Source of the DNA: Eledone cirrhosa
Taxonomy: Eukaryota
Direction: 5' to 3'
DNA length: 64,000 bases
Assembly (NCBI GenBank): GCA_964016885.1
Contig: OZ024741.1
Coordinates: forward strand, 202,492,001 to 202,556,000
Made by a program: the position numbers and the translations under genes. The notes under the pieces are model-generated. The model was not told the DNA's origin. It was given only the letters and a program-made list of their open reading frames with translations, and ran no database searches. Of this stretch, positions 23,222 to 35,600 are shown piece by piece. The stretch's first letter is position 1, and every line of letters starts with the position of its first letter.

Positions 23222-26200
23222 TCATCATCATCATCAACGTTTAACGTCCGTGTTCCACGCTTGCATGGGTTTGGACGGGGGTAGTCCCACTTGAGGCAAG
23301 AGTGATTGTCTTGCTCGCATAGGACTGTCTGGCAGGTTTTCTACAGTTGGATGCCCTTCCTAACACCAACCACATTTACAGTGTGGGTCTGGGAGGTTTT
23401 TACCGTGTTGCCTACACAGCCACATTACAGCGTGGACTGTGTGTTTTTTTGTCGTGACACCTACACGATCTCATTTGTTTCGGCCTGGATGGCGCGGCAC
23501 CAACATAACTTTACATAGAACGGGGTGGTGTGGATGGGGTGGGGGTGGTGGCGGGACGGGGTGTAGTTTGTTAGAGATGCCTACTGGCAAGGCGGGTCTT
23601 CTCTGTTACCGAGTACCGCCAAAGGTCACGGTCCAGTGACATTGTCTTGGAGAGGTGTAAGTGTGTGAGGTCGGAGTTTATCAGCTCATCCCATGTTTTT
23701 CTAGGTCTGCCTATTCCGTGGCTACCGTCTATCTTTATTGCCCTGCACTTTGTAATACAGCTATCGACTTTCATGCGCATCACGTGTCCATACCAACGCA
23801 GCCTTCTCTCGAGTAAACAACATCTGATCCCTCTTATCTCTAATTTTTTCCTTAGTTCGTTTATGCTTTGCCGTTCACGTATATTACTGTTACACATCCA
23901 GCGGAGCATGCAAGCTTCGTTCCTCTCTAGTCTGCGTATATCCTCTGCACACAATGCCCAGGTCTCACTACCATGCAACATTGCTGTTCGTATGCAGGCA
24001 TCGTACAACCTGCCTTTCATTTTTAGGGAGAACCCTTTAGCAGCTAATAGTGGTATAAGCTCTCTGAACTTTTTCCAACCAGTTCTGACTCTAGCTACAG
24101 TACTTTCAGAGCACCCTCCCCCACTGCTGATTTTATCGCCCAGGTAACGGAAGCTGTCCACTATTTCTATAGAACCCTCTGCGCAATTGAAAGAGCTAGT
24201 ATTTTGTGGGCACTTGCTGCTACTTATTGCACCAGAACACCGGCCACATGTAAAGTCTATGTTCTTAGTTAGCTTACCTGTGATCCCACTACATCTTTTA
24301 TGCACCCATACTTTGCATTTAGGACATAAGATGGAGTTTCTACCTACGCCTTTCCTACATACCGAGCACGACCATTTCCCAGAAGGGACCGCCGCCTTGT
24401 TTTCTTTCCTACAAACTAGAACTTTGGTCTTAGCCAGGTTAATTTTAAGTCCTTTTGACTCTAGGCCGTGCTTCCATGTTTGGAATTTCTTCTCTAGCTC
24501 GGCCATTGATTCCGCTATGAGGGTCAGGTCGTCTGCGTATAGGAGTTCCCATGGGCAGCCTGTCTTGAACTCCTCTGTTATAGCCTGAAGGGCAATAATA
24601 AATAGTAGGGGGCTGAGAACAGAGCCCTGATGGACGCCAACTTTTACGCTAAACTCTTCACTATATTCGTTGTTAATTCTAACCTTGCTGACTGTTTCTT
24701 TATACATGGCTTGTATAGCCCTCACAAGCCATTCGTCAACGCCTAGTTTTCTAAGAGCCCACCAGATAATGGAGCGGGGGACTCTGTCGAAGGCTTTCTC
24801 CAGGTCGACAAAAGCTAAGTAGAGGGGTTTACCTTTAGCTAGGTACTTCTCCTGTAGTTGTCGTACTATGAAAAGAGCGTCTGTGGTGCTTTTGCCTGAC
24901 ACAAACCCGAACTGCATTTCATCTAGATCAATTCTCTCTCTGATTAGTTGCGCTATTACTTTTTCCGTGACCTTCATGACCTGGTCGATTAATTTAATGC
25001 CTCTATAGTTACTCCTATCTAGGGCGTCTCCTTTACCCTTATAACAGTTAACGATGATGCTGCTATGCCAGTCCTTCGGAACAACCCCATTCTGTACGAC
25101 TTGGTTAACTATGCGGGTGACCATGGTGTGTCCCACCGTGCCAGATGCCTTCAGCATCTCAGCAACTGTTTCCGAAGGCCCAGCCGCCTTACCAGTCTTC
25201 ATATCCTTGATTGCCTTACTTATTATACTCCCCTCGACTAACACTGCTGGTCCCTCTATCGGGTCGATATGGGGGAGACTGTCTTTCTCCCATTTATTCT
25301 CCTCATTTAGTAGCCTTTCATAGTGACACTTCCAAGCTACCTTCTTATCAGTGTCGGTGATGGCAAGTATGCCATCATCGTTAAGTACACACTTCTCCCC
25401 GACAATATCACGGTTTTCCTTGACGCATTGCCTGGCAATCCTGAACACCTCACGTTTTTGGTCATCGCGTTGTAGAACATGCTTGAACTTTCTTTCCTCA
25501 GCTTCCCTTCTTGCTAAGTACACTTCTCTCCTAGCTTCCCTCCTGGCCACTTGATAGTCTACTCTACTTCCCCCATCCCGCCATACTTTCCAAGCCTGCT
25601 TTTTGGCCTTAATTGACCCCTCCACCCTATTGTTCCACCACCATGTTACTCTCCTCCTGCCTACAGGCCTGCTCCAGCCACAGACTTCGTCTGTCGCCAA
25701 CAGCAGGTTTGCTTTCAGAAATTTCCACTGTCCCTCTATATTGTCCGATTCTAGATGCTCTTCCTTACTGTCGAAAGCATCAAGTAATATGCTTTGAAAT
25801 TTATTTCTGGCTGTGGGGTCCTTTAGTTTCCATATTTTCCTCCTGAGGATAGTCCTCTTCTGCTGTCGGGTACGTCTCGTCCTGACTATGAGGTCGCTAA
25901 TTATCAGTCTATGTTGGGAGGTGCATTCTTCATGGGGGAGGGATTTAGTGTTTACAACAGACACTCTGTCATGTCTTCTGGTAAGGATATAATCTACCTG
26001 GCTTGTGTGTTCCCCGGATCTATAGGTAATCAGGTGATTGTCACGTTTTTTGAAGTTAGTGTTACAGATAGTTAGGTTATTTGCATCACAGTATTCCAGA
26101 ATTCTGGAGCCTTCCTCATTTCTAGTACCAAACCCATAGCCTCCATGGATTTCGTCGTAGCCGTCACAATGTTGTCCAACGTGACCATTTAGGTCGCCTG

Positions 26201-26731
26201 CAATAATTATATAGTCACTGTCAGATATTTGGGAGGTAGTTAGCAACAGTGTCTCATAGAATCTGTCTTTTATAGTGCCGGGCAGTCCGGATTGGGGTGC
26301 GTACGCAGATATTACTGTCACCGTAGTTCTATTGAGGACAAGTCTTATTTTAATTATTCTGTCGTTCACTCTATTTACGTCTATTATCTTATCTGCCCAC
26401 TTTTCTGCTACCATGATTCCTACTCCACCCAGCCCATCGTCGTTTCCCACCCAGAAAAGCTTATAACATCGTTTTTTACCCTCAATGAATCTAGCAGACC
26501 CACCCCTCCACCTGGTCTCTTGAATACAACAAACATCGACCTCCTTACGTTCAAGCATTTCTACAACCTCGTTAGCGCGACCCTTTAGGGTGCCTACATT
26601 TATGGTACCAACTCTGAAGTTTTGGGTTGCGTTTGGAGGTTGGGGGTGGTGGGGGGCGGGAGGAGATAGGGTTATGTTAGCCATCCGCGGACGAAACAAA
26701 GAGGAGTGCTCGCATTCTCGTCCACGAGGTG

Positions 26732-26734
<3 letters not shown>
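23219..26734 (-). mobile_element. Young RTE-clade LINE inserted into a (TA)n microsatellite
   Basis: (GAT)n 3' tail, ~350-nt 3' UTR, intact ORF, (TA)n on both sides; empty site in copy 1 at ~697-728. Confidence 0.95.
23571..26684 (-). CDS. RTE-clade polyprotein: APE endonuclease + reverse transcriptase with internal PHD-type finger
   Basis: APE motifs TINVGTL, IQETRW, SAYAPQ, GDLNGHVG, QVDYIL, SQHRL; RT motifs YRGIKL, QFGF, AFVDLEKAFDRV, GVHQGSVLSP, LYADD, FRYLG; C-terminal GRPRKTW. First ATG at 26684 (track starts at a TTG, 26699). Confidence 0.95.
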   Translation of the reverse strand: MANITLSPPAPHHPQPPNATQNFRVGTINVGTLKGRANEVVEMLERKEVDVCCIQETRWRGGSARFIEGKKRCYKLFWVGNDDGLGGVGIMVAEKWADKIIDVNRVNDRIIKIRLVLNRTTVTVISAYAPQSGLPGTIKDRFYETLLLTTSQISDSDYIIIAGDLNGHVGQHCDGYDEIHGGYGFGTRNEEGSRILEYCDANNLTICNTNFKKRDNHLITYRSGEHTSQVDYILTRRHDRVSVVNTKSLPHEECTSQHRLIISDLIVRTRRTRQQKRTILRRKIWKLKDPTARNKFQSILLDAFDSKEEHLESDNIEGQWKFLKANLLLATDEVCGWSRPVGRRRVTWWWNNRVEGSIKAKKQAWKVWRDGGSRVDYQVARREARREVYLARREAEERKFKHVLQRDDQKREVFRIARQCVKENRDIVGEKCVLNDDGILAITDTDKKVAWKCHYERLLNEENKWEKDSLPHIDPIEGPAVLVEGSIISKAIKDMKTGKAAGPSETVAEMLKASGTVGHTMVTRIVNQVVQNGVVPKDWHSSIIVNCYKGKGDALDRSNYRGIKLIDQVMKVTEKVIAQLIRERIDLDEMQFGFVSGKSTTDALFIVRQLQEKYLAKGKPLYLAFVDLEKAFDRVPRSIIWWALRKLGVDEWLVRAIQAMYKETVSKVRINNEYSEEFSVKVGVHQGSVLSPLLFIIALQAITEEFKTGCPWELLYADDLTLIAESMAELEKKFQTWKHGLESKGLKINLAKTKVLVCRKENKAAVPSGKWSCSVCRKGVGRNSILCPKCKVWVHKRCSGITGKLTKNIDFTCGRCSGAISSSKCPQNTSSFNCAEGSIEIVDSFRYLGDKISSGGGCSESTVARVRTGWKKFRELIPLLAAKGFSLKMKGRLYDACIRTAMLHGSETWALCAEDIRRLERNEACMLRWMCNSNIRERQSINELRKKLEIRGIRCCLLERRLRWYGHVMRMKVDSCITKCRAIKIDGSHGIGRPRKTWDELINSDLTHLHLSKTMSLDRDLWRYSVTEKTRLASRHL

Positions 26735-26777
<43 letters not shown>

Positions 26778-29700
26778 CGTGAAGTTCTATATCTGGCAAC
26801 ATACAGTATGTTTATAAATAAACATTTTGAAAGCCTTCAGCTATGGATTTGAAAACTGATAGCATAGCGCCTTCTAGTGTGTTCCAACAGAAGCTAAGTA
26901 CAGGTAACTTAGTGATGATGACGTCATCATTTCTGACTTGGGTCATTATTAAACTAGTGCTGCCAGCCGCTTACTGCTTGAACTTAATATATGTTAAAAC
27001 ATAGTTTAGAAGCCTATTTACATTGACTAATCAGCCAAATTTGCTTATAGAGTAACGGCTGGCTCGGCTGTTTATATCATTGTTAATGTCTCTTTTCTAT
27101 GCTTGACTGGCTCTTAAGTGGCCACATTTTGCTCACATGATCCATTTTTTACTCCATTTTCTATTATTGGGTGCCCTTCCTAATACTGGGAGTATTTTGT
27201 GTAACATCGCCATTACCAACTTACAGTATGGACTGGGTGCTTTTCTTTGTGGTGCCAGTACAACCTTACAGGATAGACTTGGCAATTTTTTTTGCCATGG
27301 TACTAGCACGACCACCTTACAAGGCGGTCTGGACGCTTTTCGTTGTAGCTCTAGCCTTATGGGACAGCAAGTGATATGTCATGGGGTTGCCCTTGAAAAG
27401 AGGGAATTGCACTTGGTAGTATATTTTGGAGCATGTCCAACCAGACAGTCCATACACTGCATGTTAATTTTTCAGGCCCTCTACAAGAGGTGGTCCTTCC
27501 CAATCCCATCCGAACAGTTTATCGCAGTACAAGGCGGTGCATGACGGGTATTGCACATTGACATGGGTTGGATGAGTATGAAGGGTGGTATTTTTTGTGA
27601 GTGGTATGGGCTGGGTATTTCATGCTGGAGAGAGTTGAATGAAGTGCTGTGGGGGCTGTTTTTTAATGATTGATGAAGTTGGATAAGCAAGGTGTGGATG
27701 GAGGAAGTGAGTAGAGTAGGACTAAGTTGAGATATTTAAATAATGAAGGGGTTGAGGATGGGAGAATGTGCTCAAAGGAGATTTGTGCAAACTACCACCC
27801 TCTTCATGCTCATTTCATCATGGTCTTCATCATCATCTTTTGTGAGGTGGACTTTTAGCACATCATTCTAAACTTTCCTAGGTCTTCAGTCAAGAAGTTA
27901 TCATCCATACACATCCCATGTCCATATTATCACAATTGCCTCTCTTATGCCCAGTTCATTGATGCTTTGTCATTAATATACATGACTATTACACATCCAT
28001 CAAAGGATTCAGCTATAAGGACTAGATAATGGGCATATAGGAGTTCCCTTGAGCAGCTAGTTTTAAACTCCTCTAATATGGTCTAGAAGACAATAATAAA
28101 CAGGTGAGGAATGAAGATAAAGCCCTGGTGGCTCCCCACTTACATACTAAATTTCTCACTATATTCATTAACTATCACCTTGCTGACTGCACCTCTGTTC
28201 ATGGCTTGTACCACCCTTATAAGCCACTCATCTAACCCTAATTTCTCAAGATCCCATCAGCTTGTGGAAAAAAGGACTCTGTCAAATGCTTTTGGCTAGG
28301 TACTTCTACATTTGCCTCACAGGGAAGAGGGCATCAGTGGTATCTTTACATGACACAAAGCCAAACTGAATTTCATCTACTTTAATCTATTTCCTAATCA
28401 GTTGTGCTATAACACTTTCTGTAACTTTCATGACTTGCTCTATCAACTTGATGCCTCTATATTTTCCTCTGTCTATTGTACCTCACTTGCTCTTGGAACA
28501 ATGGAGAATGCTACTGTTATGCCATTCATTGGGTATAACATCATTCTTTATTACTTTGTTTATGATATAGGTGGTTAAGGTGTGTCCTACCATACCAGAT
28601 GCTTTCAGCATCTCAGTGACTATTCCCAGTGGCCTAGCTGCTTTGCCTGTCTTTATATACTTAATTGCTTTACTACTGTTGCTGCTGACTTGTACAGCTG
28701 GTCCCTCAGTTGGGTTCACTTGAGGCAGACTATCTTCCTCCCATGCATTCTCCTCATTCATCAGTGCTTGCGAGGCTAAGCTGCTGGAATAGCCAAACAC
28801 CTCCACAAGGATATTTCAGAAATTCGAATTGTCAATGACAAAAGCATCAGGTAAATTTTTAGTTCCTGGATTGTAGTTCATAATCTGATACAGTTTATCT
28901 ATTTAGGACTAGCCTGTTTTAATGATTCTGTCATTCACTTTAATTACCTCTATTACCATATTTGTTTTTCTGCTAAATGTGTGTTGTGTATTATAATACA
29001 AACATTATGTTTAAAATGTGTTAGAATACAAATCAACATCACGCCTATTTTCCATGTTGGCATGGATTAGATGGGTGTCGCATACTGAGGCCAGACACGT
29101 CAAATGACTAGGTTTTACTCATACACTGTTTTGGTTTGGTTTCTATGGTTAGATGCCCCACTTGTCACCAACCACTTTACATCATTTACAGAGAACATGG
29201 CTTTTACAGCTAGATGCCCTTGGTGGCCTAAAAGGGGAGCATTTTTATACTGCTTGGGGCATGTGGTTCGGTTGGTGGTATTTGTCATTTTGAGGTGTGC
29301 TCGGCTTTCATGGGTTGGGAAAGTGTTGGTGGTGCAAGGAAAGGTGAATCAATCATGGTTCCTAGATATCCATGCTAGCATGGGTTGGGCGAAGAAATCA
29401 GGAGTATATTGGCAGGTGAGGACCTGAGAATTGTTCCAGCTCTCTATTTCTTCAAGTTTAGAGCGGAGAAGCAGATCAGGGATTTCAGGAGTATACTGGC
29501 AGGGAGGAGGTGAGACTTGAGTATTGTACCACTTCTCTGCTTCTTTGGGTGGAGGGAGTTAGGTGGATTAGCTATCCTCCTTGTGCTGCTTTGTTCCACT
29601 TGCATGGGAAGGCGAGTTCCGCATATTACAGAATATCACCAGTTTTCTTGGTCCAGAGTCATCTCCTTTGTGAGATTCAGTTGCATGAGATTGGCCCTCA

Positions 29701-31389
29701 CCACATCATCCCAGGTTTTCCTAGGTCTTTCCTTTCAAGAGTTTCTTTGACTTAATTTCTTTATGCAACTATCCTCCATATGCATCACATGTCCATACCA
29801 ACACAATCTCATCTCCTGCACACAGCAACTGATGCCTCTTATGCCCATTTTTTCTCTCAACTCATTGATACTTTGTCACTCATATTCGTACACATCTATT
29901 GGAGCATACTCACCTCATTTCTTTCCAAAAGCCCAAGTCTCACTACCATATAGCATTCTTATTCATACACAAACATCATACAATCTGTCTTTCACTCTGA
30001 GAGACGCTTTATAGTAGCTCCCTGAAATTTTTCCAACTGGTCCACACTCCGGCTACTGTACTTTCAGAACACCTACCTCTACTGCTAATGTGGTTCCGAA
30101 GGTAACAAGCTATTTCTAGGGATGCCTCTGAGCATTTGATGGGGCTTGTTTCCTGTGTGTTCTTGTGTATCAGCTACATACAAATCCTACATTCTTTGTT
30201 AGTCTGCCTGCAATGCAACTTGTATCTTTTATGTACTCAAAGCTTAAATTTTATACATAAGATGAAATTTCTGCCCACTTCCTTTTTGCATACTGAGCAA
30301 GTCCATTTGCCTGAAGGGATCAGAGCCCTGTTTCCTTGTTGACTTACTAGGACTTTAGTCTTTGTTATGTTGTGGAAATTCTTCTTTAGTCCAGCTATAG
30401 TTTCAGCAATAATGACTTAGAATGCTAACATTATATTTTTACTGTCCTTTTTCCACAAACTTTTTGAAGCCCCCTCATAGTCCAACTTAAACCAGTTGAA
30501 CAGACAAGAATAGAGAATAAATTTGATGAAGTTCCACATTCATGAGAAAATCATACAAATACTTTAATAGCTTATAGTACAAAGATCAAATACTTCCAAG
30601 TATTCTCATTCCCCTTTCATAGAGATAAATCTTAGTCTTTTGGCAACAAATAATAAAGGAATTGTTAATTTGCACAGGATCTGGTTACCGAATTTCACTC
30701 AAAGGCATCAGTCAGCCCATGATGACTATTGATCAACGTGCCATGCAGTTGGGTTGAATCTGAAACCATGAGGTTGCGAAACAAACTTCTAAATGATACT
30801 GCCATGCTTGCATCTAATATATATTGTTGAACAGTCTAAATGTATAGCTGTAGTCCATAAATATGTATAATTTGTATAATGTAATTTTAATAAAGTAAAC
30901 AGTAAAGTTCTGTTGTATAGGTAAATGTTTATATCTACAGTTTATCAATATAGAAAATATGTAAAATTTCCTCTGTTGACTCTGCTTTTAACTATTCTTT
31001 ATATCTTATATTGTTATTGTTTCTATATTTCAGACTATCAGATGACATTGGCATTAAACGATTTTCCACATCAATAGAATTATTAATATTTATCATCTTT
31101 TAAACATATCAGATATAACCTTATTGCTTCTATCAATTTATGGGAAAATTAATGTAAAATATTTTTTCGTAACTGAGAATACTGACAAAATTTCTCTTCA
31201 CTGTCTCGGATACGGACAAGATGATTTTGTATTCTAATTAAACTGAGACAAATTTACAAAAGAATTTGCTACCTTCTTCAGATATCAACAAAGAACACAG
31301 TTCAATGTAGCAATGAAAATATTTCCTTCAATATAATCATCATCATTTTTCATGTCCACTTTTGCTTACATAGAACAATTACAAGGAAA

Positions 31390-32649
31390 ATGAATTATGT
31401 GAATACTTTAAAAGATTGTGTGTTTCGTTCTAATGAGATGTCAAAAAAAAAAAGGAAAATATCATATAAATGTGGTATCTGTGGTAAATCATTCTCTGAA
31501 AGTAGTGACTTAACTAAACACATATGTAGTCATACAGTTGAGAAACCTTACCAATGTGACATTTGTGATAAATCATTCCATAAAAAAAAGTGCTTGACTA
31601 GACACAAGTTTATTCATACTGGAGAGAAACCGCATTGCTGTGATGTCTGTGGTAAATCATTCTCTCAAAATGATGACCTCAGAATTCACGTACGCATTCA
31701 TACTGGTGAAAGACCATATCCTTGCAGTATCTGTGGTAAATCATTTAATACAAGTACTCACTTAACTAACCACAAACGTACTCATACTGGAGAGAAACCA
31801 TATCATTGTGACATCTGTGGTAAATCATTCTCTTCAGGAAGTAGCTTACTCACTCACAAACGAATTCATACAGGAGAAATGAGATATCATTGTGATATCT
31901 GTGGTAAATCATTCTCTGATCAAGGGAACTTAACTGGACACAAACGTGTTCATACTGGAGAGAAGCCTTTTAGCTGTCAAATATGTGGTAAAGCATTTTC
32001 TCAAAGTAGTGCATTAATTATTCATACACGTATTCATACAGGAGAGAAACCATATCACTGTAGTATCTGTAGTAAAACTTTCTCTCAAAAGAAAACCATG
32101 TTTTTCCACAAACGTACTCATACAGGAGAGAAACCATATCATTGTGATATTTGTGGTAAATCATTCACTGGATTACCTAGCTTAAACATGCACAAACGTA
32201 TTCATACAGGAGAGAAACCATATCACTGTGATATCTGTGGTGAATCATTTTCTCAAAGTCGTCAATTAGCTGTACACAAACGTATTCATACAGTGGAGAA
32301 GCAATACCTCTGTGATATCTGTGATAAATCATTTACTGAAAAATGTTCCTTAATCACTCACAAACGTATTCATACAGGAGAGAAACCATACCACTGTGAT
32401 GTCTGTGGTAAATCATTCTCAGTAAAAAGTAACTTAACTAAACACAAACGTATTCATACCGGAGAGAAACCATATGATTGTAATATCTGTGGTAGAGCAT
32501 TCTCACAAATAAATACATTAACTAATCACAAACGCACTCATACAGGAGAGAAACCATATGGATGTGATATCTGTGATAAATCATTCTCTCAAATAAATTC
32601 ATTAACTATTCACAAACAAACTCATAAAGAAGTGAAACCACATGACTGA
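31390..32649 (+). CDS. C2H2 zinc-finger protein, 14 fingers, 419 aa (ZNF gene 2)
   Basis: Intact ORF differing from gene 1 at 3 residues. Confidence 0.93.
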   Translation: MNYVNTLKDCVFRSNEMSKKKRKISYKCGICGKSFSESSDLTKHICSHTVEKPYQCDICDKSFHKKKCLTRHKFIHTGEKPHCCDVCGKSFSQNDDLRIHVRIHTGERPYPCSICGKSFNTSTHLTNHKRTHTGEKPYHCDICGKSFSSGSSLLTHKRIHTGEMRYHCDICGKSFSDQGNLTGHKRVHTGEKPFSCQICGKAFSQSSALIIHTRIHTGEKPYHCSICSKTFSQKKTMFFHKRTHTGEKPYHCDICGKSFTGLPSLNMHKRIHTGEKPYHCDICGESFSQSRQLAVHKRIHTVEKQYLCDICDKSFTEKCSLITHKRIHTGEKPYHCDVCGKSFSVKSNLTKHKRIHTGEKPYDCNICGRAFSQINTLTNHKRTHTGEKPYGCDICDKSFSQINSLTIHKQTHKEVKPHD

Positions 32650-35600
32650 TATGTGTGGTAAATCATTCTCTGTACCTAGTCTTTTTAACTGAATGCATTC
32701 ATACCAGAGAGAAGCCATGTCACTGGTTTTTGTGGTAAATGTCACTTAAACCTTTTGATATCAAATCACCTGAAATCACCCCTGGTTTTACAATGCAATG
32801 TTACTTAATTTGTGGTGTATATATTTTTCTAGAAATTTTACATCATAATTTTATGTAAGCAACTTTTGTAAGCTAAAATCCAAACATGAGCCTAATAATG
32901 AGTGAATTATTTGACTAAATCTTTCCAAATTATTGATTATTTTCAAAATAATTTGAAAATCACAGGCAAGTGTCTTTCATTAAAATATAATGAAATGGTT
33001 AACTAAACGAGTATATCCATACAAGAGGGAAGCCAATGTTACTGTGATGCATGTGATAAATCATTCTCAGGTTGGACATATTTATAATACAAAATCTCAC
33101 ATTTTCTCAATCTTTTGTTATCTCAGCTCTGAGACTCATTATCTTGAGTTCTCATCGAATCACTGAATATTTGTAATAAACTGAAAGATAAATAAAACTA
33201 GTTTACTCTTAAATTTTTCTTTTGTCTTTTTCTTTGTAGAACTTCTAACCAAATTTTGAGCTGATACTATAAACTAAAGAATTTACAGACCTGATCAATG
33301 TATATAAAAGTTGCACATTTCTCCAAACAGATCTTCACTAACTATTTACGTTGAAGCTAATATAATTTGTTGGTATTATAGTATCGGTAGAGAGTCGGAC
33401 GCCATGCTTTCCAGCATAGTTACGTCTCTTTACGGTCCGAGTTCAAATCCCGCCGAGGTTAACTTTGCCTTTCATCCTTACGGGGTCGATAAAATAAAGT
33501 ACCAGTAATGTACTGGGTAATTGCTGGCCTTGTGCCAAAAGTAGAAACAATTATTTTATAATAAACAGTAACTATTAGAGGTTTCATACATTGAATATGA
33601 GGTACAGAATAGAATATTTGGTAGTTGTATGGTCATATTGTCTGAGAAGATAATTTTCTAAATCTTCTGCTGACACAACAGTTTTCAATAAGAAAGTTCA
33701 TATTGACATCTACACATGTAAATAAGGAACTTGGAAAATCTTTATTTAATCATTTTAGTGTGGAGTAAAGTTAGGTTGAGGTTACCTCGAATTGTAATTA
33801 TCATCACTATCAGAACTGCCCTCCGGGCAGGTTTCTGCTAGCATGTGTAGTGTGCATATTGATATATGCAAGTGTCTCATGTATGTATAGATATATATGT
33901 TATCCCTACAGTGCAGTCTTAGAAATAAATATGTTAAAACAAAAAAGGAGAAAATGAGATTAACAATGGAAATATAAATGTTATGATATAATGATGGAAA
34001 TATATAAACGTTTATGATATAACAATGGAAATAGAAATGTTTATATATAATTGTTTCTACCTTTGGCATAAGGCCAGCAATTATCCCAGTGTATTACTGG
34101 TGCTTTATCGACCCCGTAAGGATGAAAGGCAAAGTTAACCTCGGCAGGATTTGAACTCAGACCATAAAGGGCCGTAACTCTTTGCTACAAGGCATGGCGT
34201 TCGACCCTCTACCGATACTGCCAATCCACCGCCCTCAAATGTTTATATATAATGATATATAAGCATTATGATATAACGATGGAAATATTATATACTAGCA
34301 GTGGTACCCGGCGTTGCATGGTATAAGGTATTTTGGAACGCGGGCCGCCAACAGACCTAATCGTGGAAAAACTGCATGCGTAGACAATATGTAAAGAAAA
34401 TAAACCGAATACTCTAATGGGTGGATGATCTTTAAGATTTTCCTCGATGAAGCAGGATCAAGAAAAGGAATTTTTTTTATGTGCATAATATGCCATGAGA
34501 TTTCGGGAAAATCGGCTAGATGTATCGCTTCAAAAAAGCCCTAAAAAGTTGAAAAAATGAAGTTTCTCACCTAATGCGGGCCCTAGGCCATAAAAAAGTT
34601 GGATTTTCTTTGCTCACGGTATGAAGAGACTGACATAGTTACAATTTCAAGGAAATCAGTCTGACGTAACAACTCAAAAAACTCCTAAAAAGCTGAAAAA
34701 ACACAGTTTTTCACCTAATGGATCAAAAAGTTGAATTTTTTTATGTGCAAACACTCCCTGAAATATTAGTAATACACATATAAAGTTTGAAAAAAGTCGG
34801 TTGGGTACTTCTCGAGTTTTAGGGATTCAAACTCATATACACACACACACAGACAGACATCCGCAGGGAAGTGACGTAATGCAGACAGTGAGCCATACAT
34901 ACAGATATTATAAGGGCGCGACGTTATATGTATGTATCTATCTAAAAAGAGAAAGACTAAGAATTATAGAGAGAGATCGCTAAATCACGTAATGCGGTAC
35001 CTAGGGCATTGAAAATTTGAAATTTTTTTTGCTCAGAACACTCAATGTGTATGTGTAAAATTTGAAAACAGTCGGTTGAGTGGTTCTCGAGTTTTAGGGA
35101 TTCAAACTCACACACACACAGACAGACATCCTCAGTTTTATATATATATAGATAAATGGCATTACGGCAAAATGTTATATGAACGCTAACAGAAATTGAC
35201 ATTTGAAAGTTTTAACAGAAGTGAATCTTGAAATAAGTAATACATTATATATAAGATTATTAATGTTTAATCAAGAGCTAAGACATTTAGTAGATAAATT
35301 ACATAATATTCATTCATTATTTATTCAAAGTAATCTAACTTATTTTAATAACATGATGTAAAATAAGATAGCTTTTTAATATCTATTTTCAATGCTTGCA
35401 AAGGTTAGATGGATTTTCCTATATAGAGGTGAGACTGGTCAGGTAGCTACAAGGCACACTCAAGAAGTTTTAAGACTTTCTTTTCAGGCACTTTTAACTT
35501 ATCTACGTAACTGTAACTCTAATACATCATGGTTATAATAAGCTATAACATGTCAAATCTTTTTTTTTTTCAAGGTTGAAGGTTCGGGCCACTGTAGCAC

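Noticed and set aside
23647-26588. Several + strand ORFs of 63-166 aa, and similar ones at 13471-14208 and 39221-40230
   Set aside because: Antisense shadows of the RTE ORF.
26635-26671. G-quadruplex-like G runs at both ends of the RTE ORF (also 23521-23562)
   Set aside because: Partly explained by Pro codons on the coding strand; no evidence of function.
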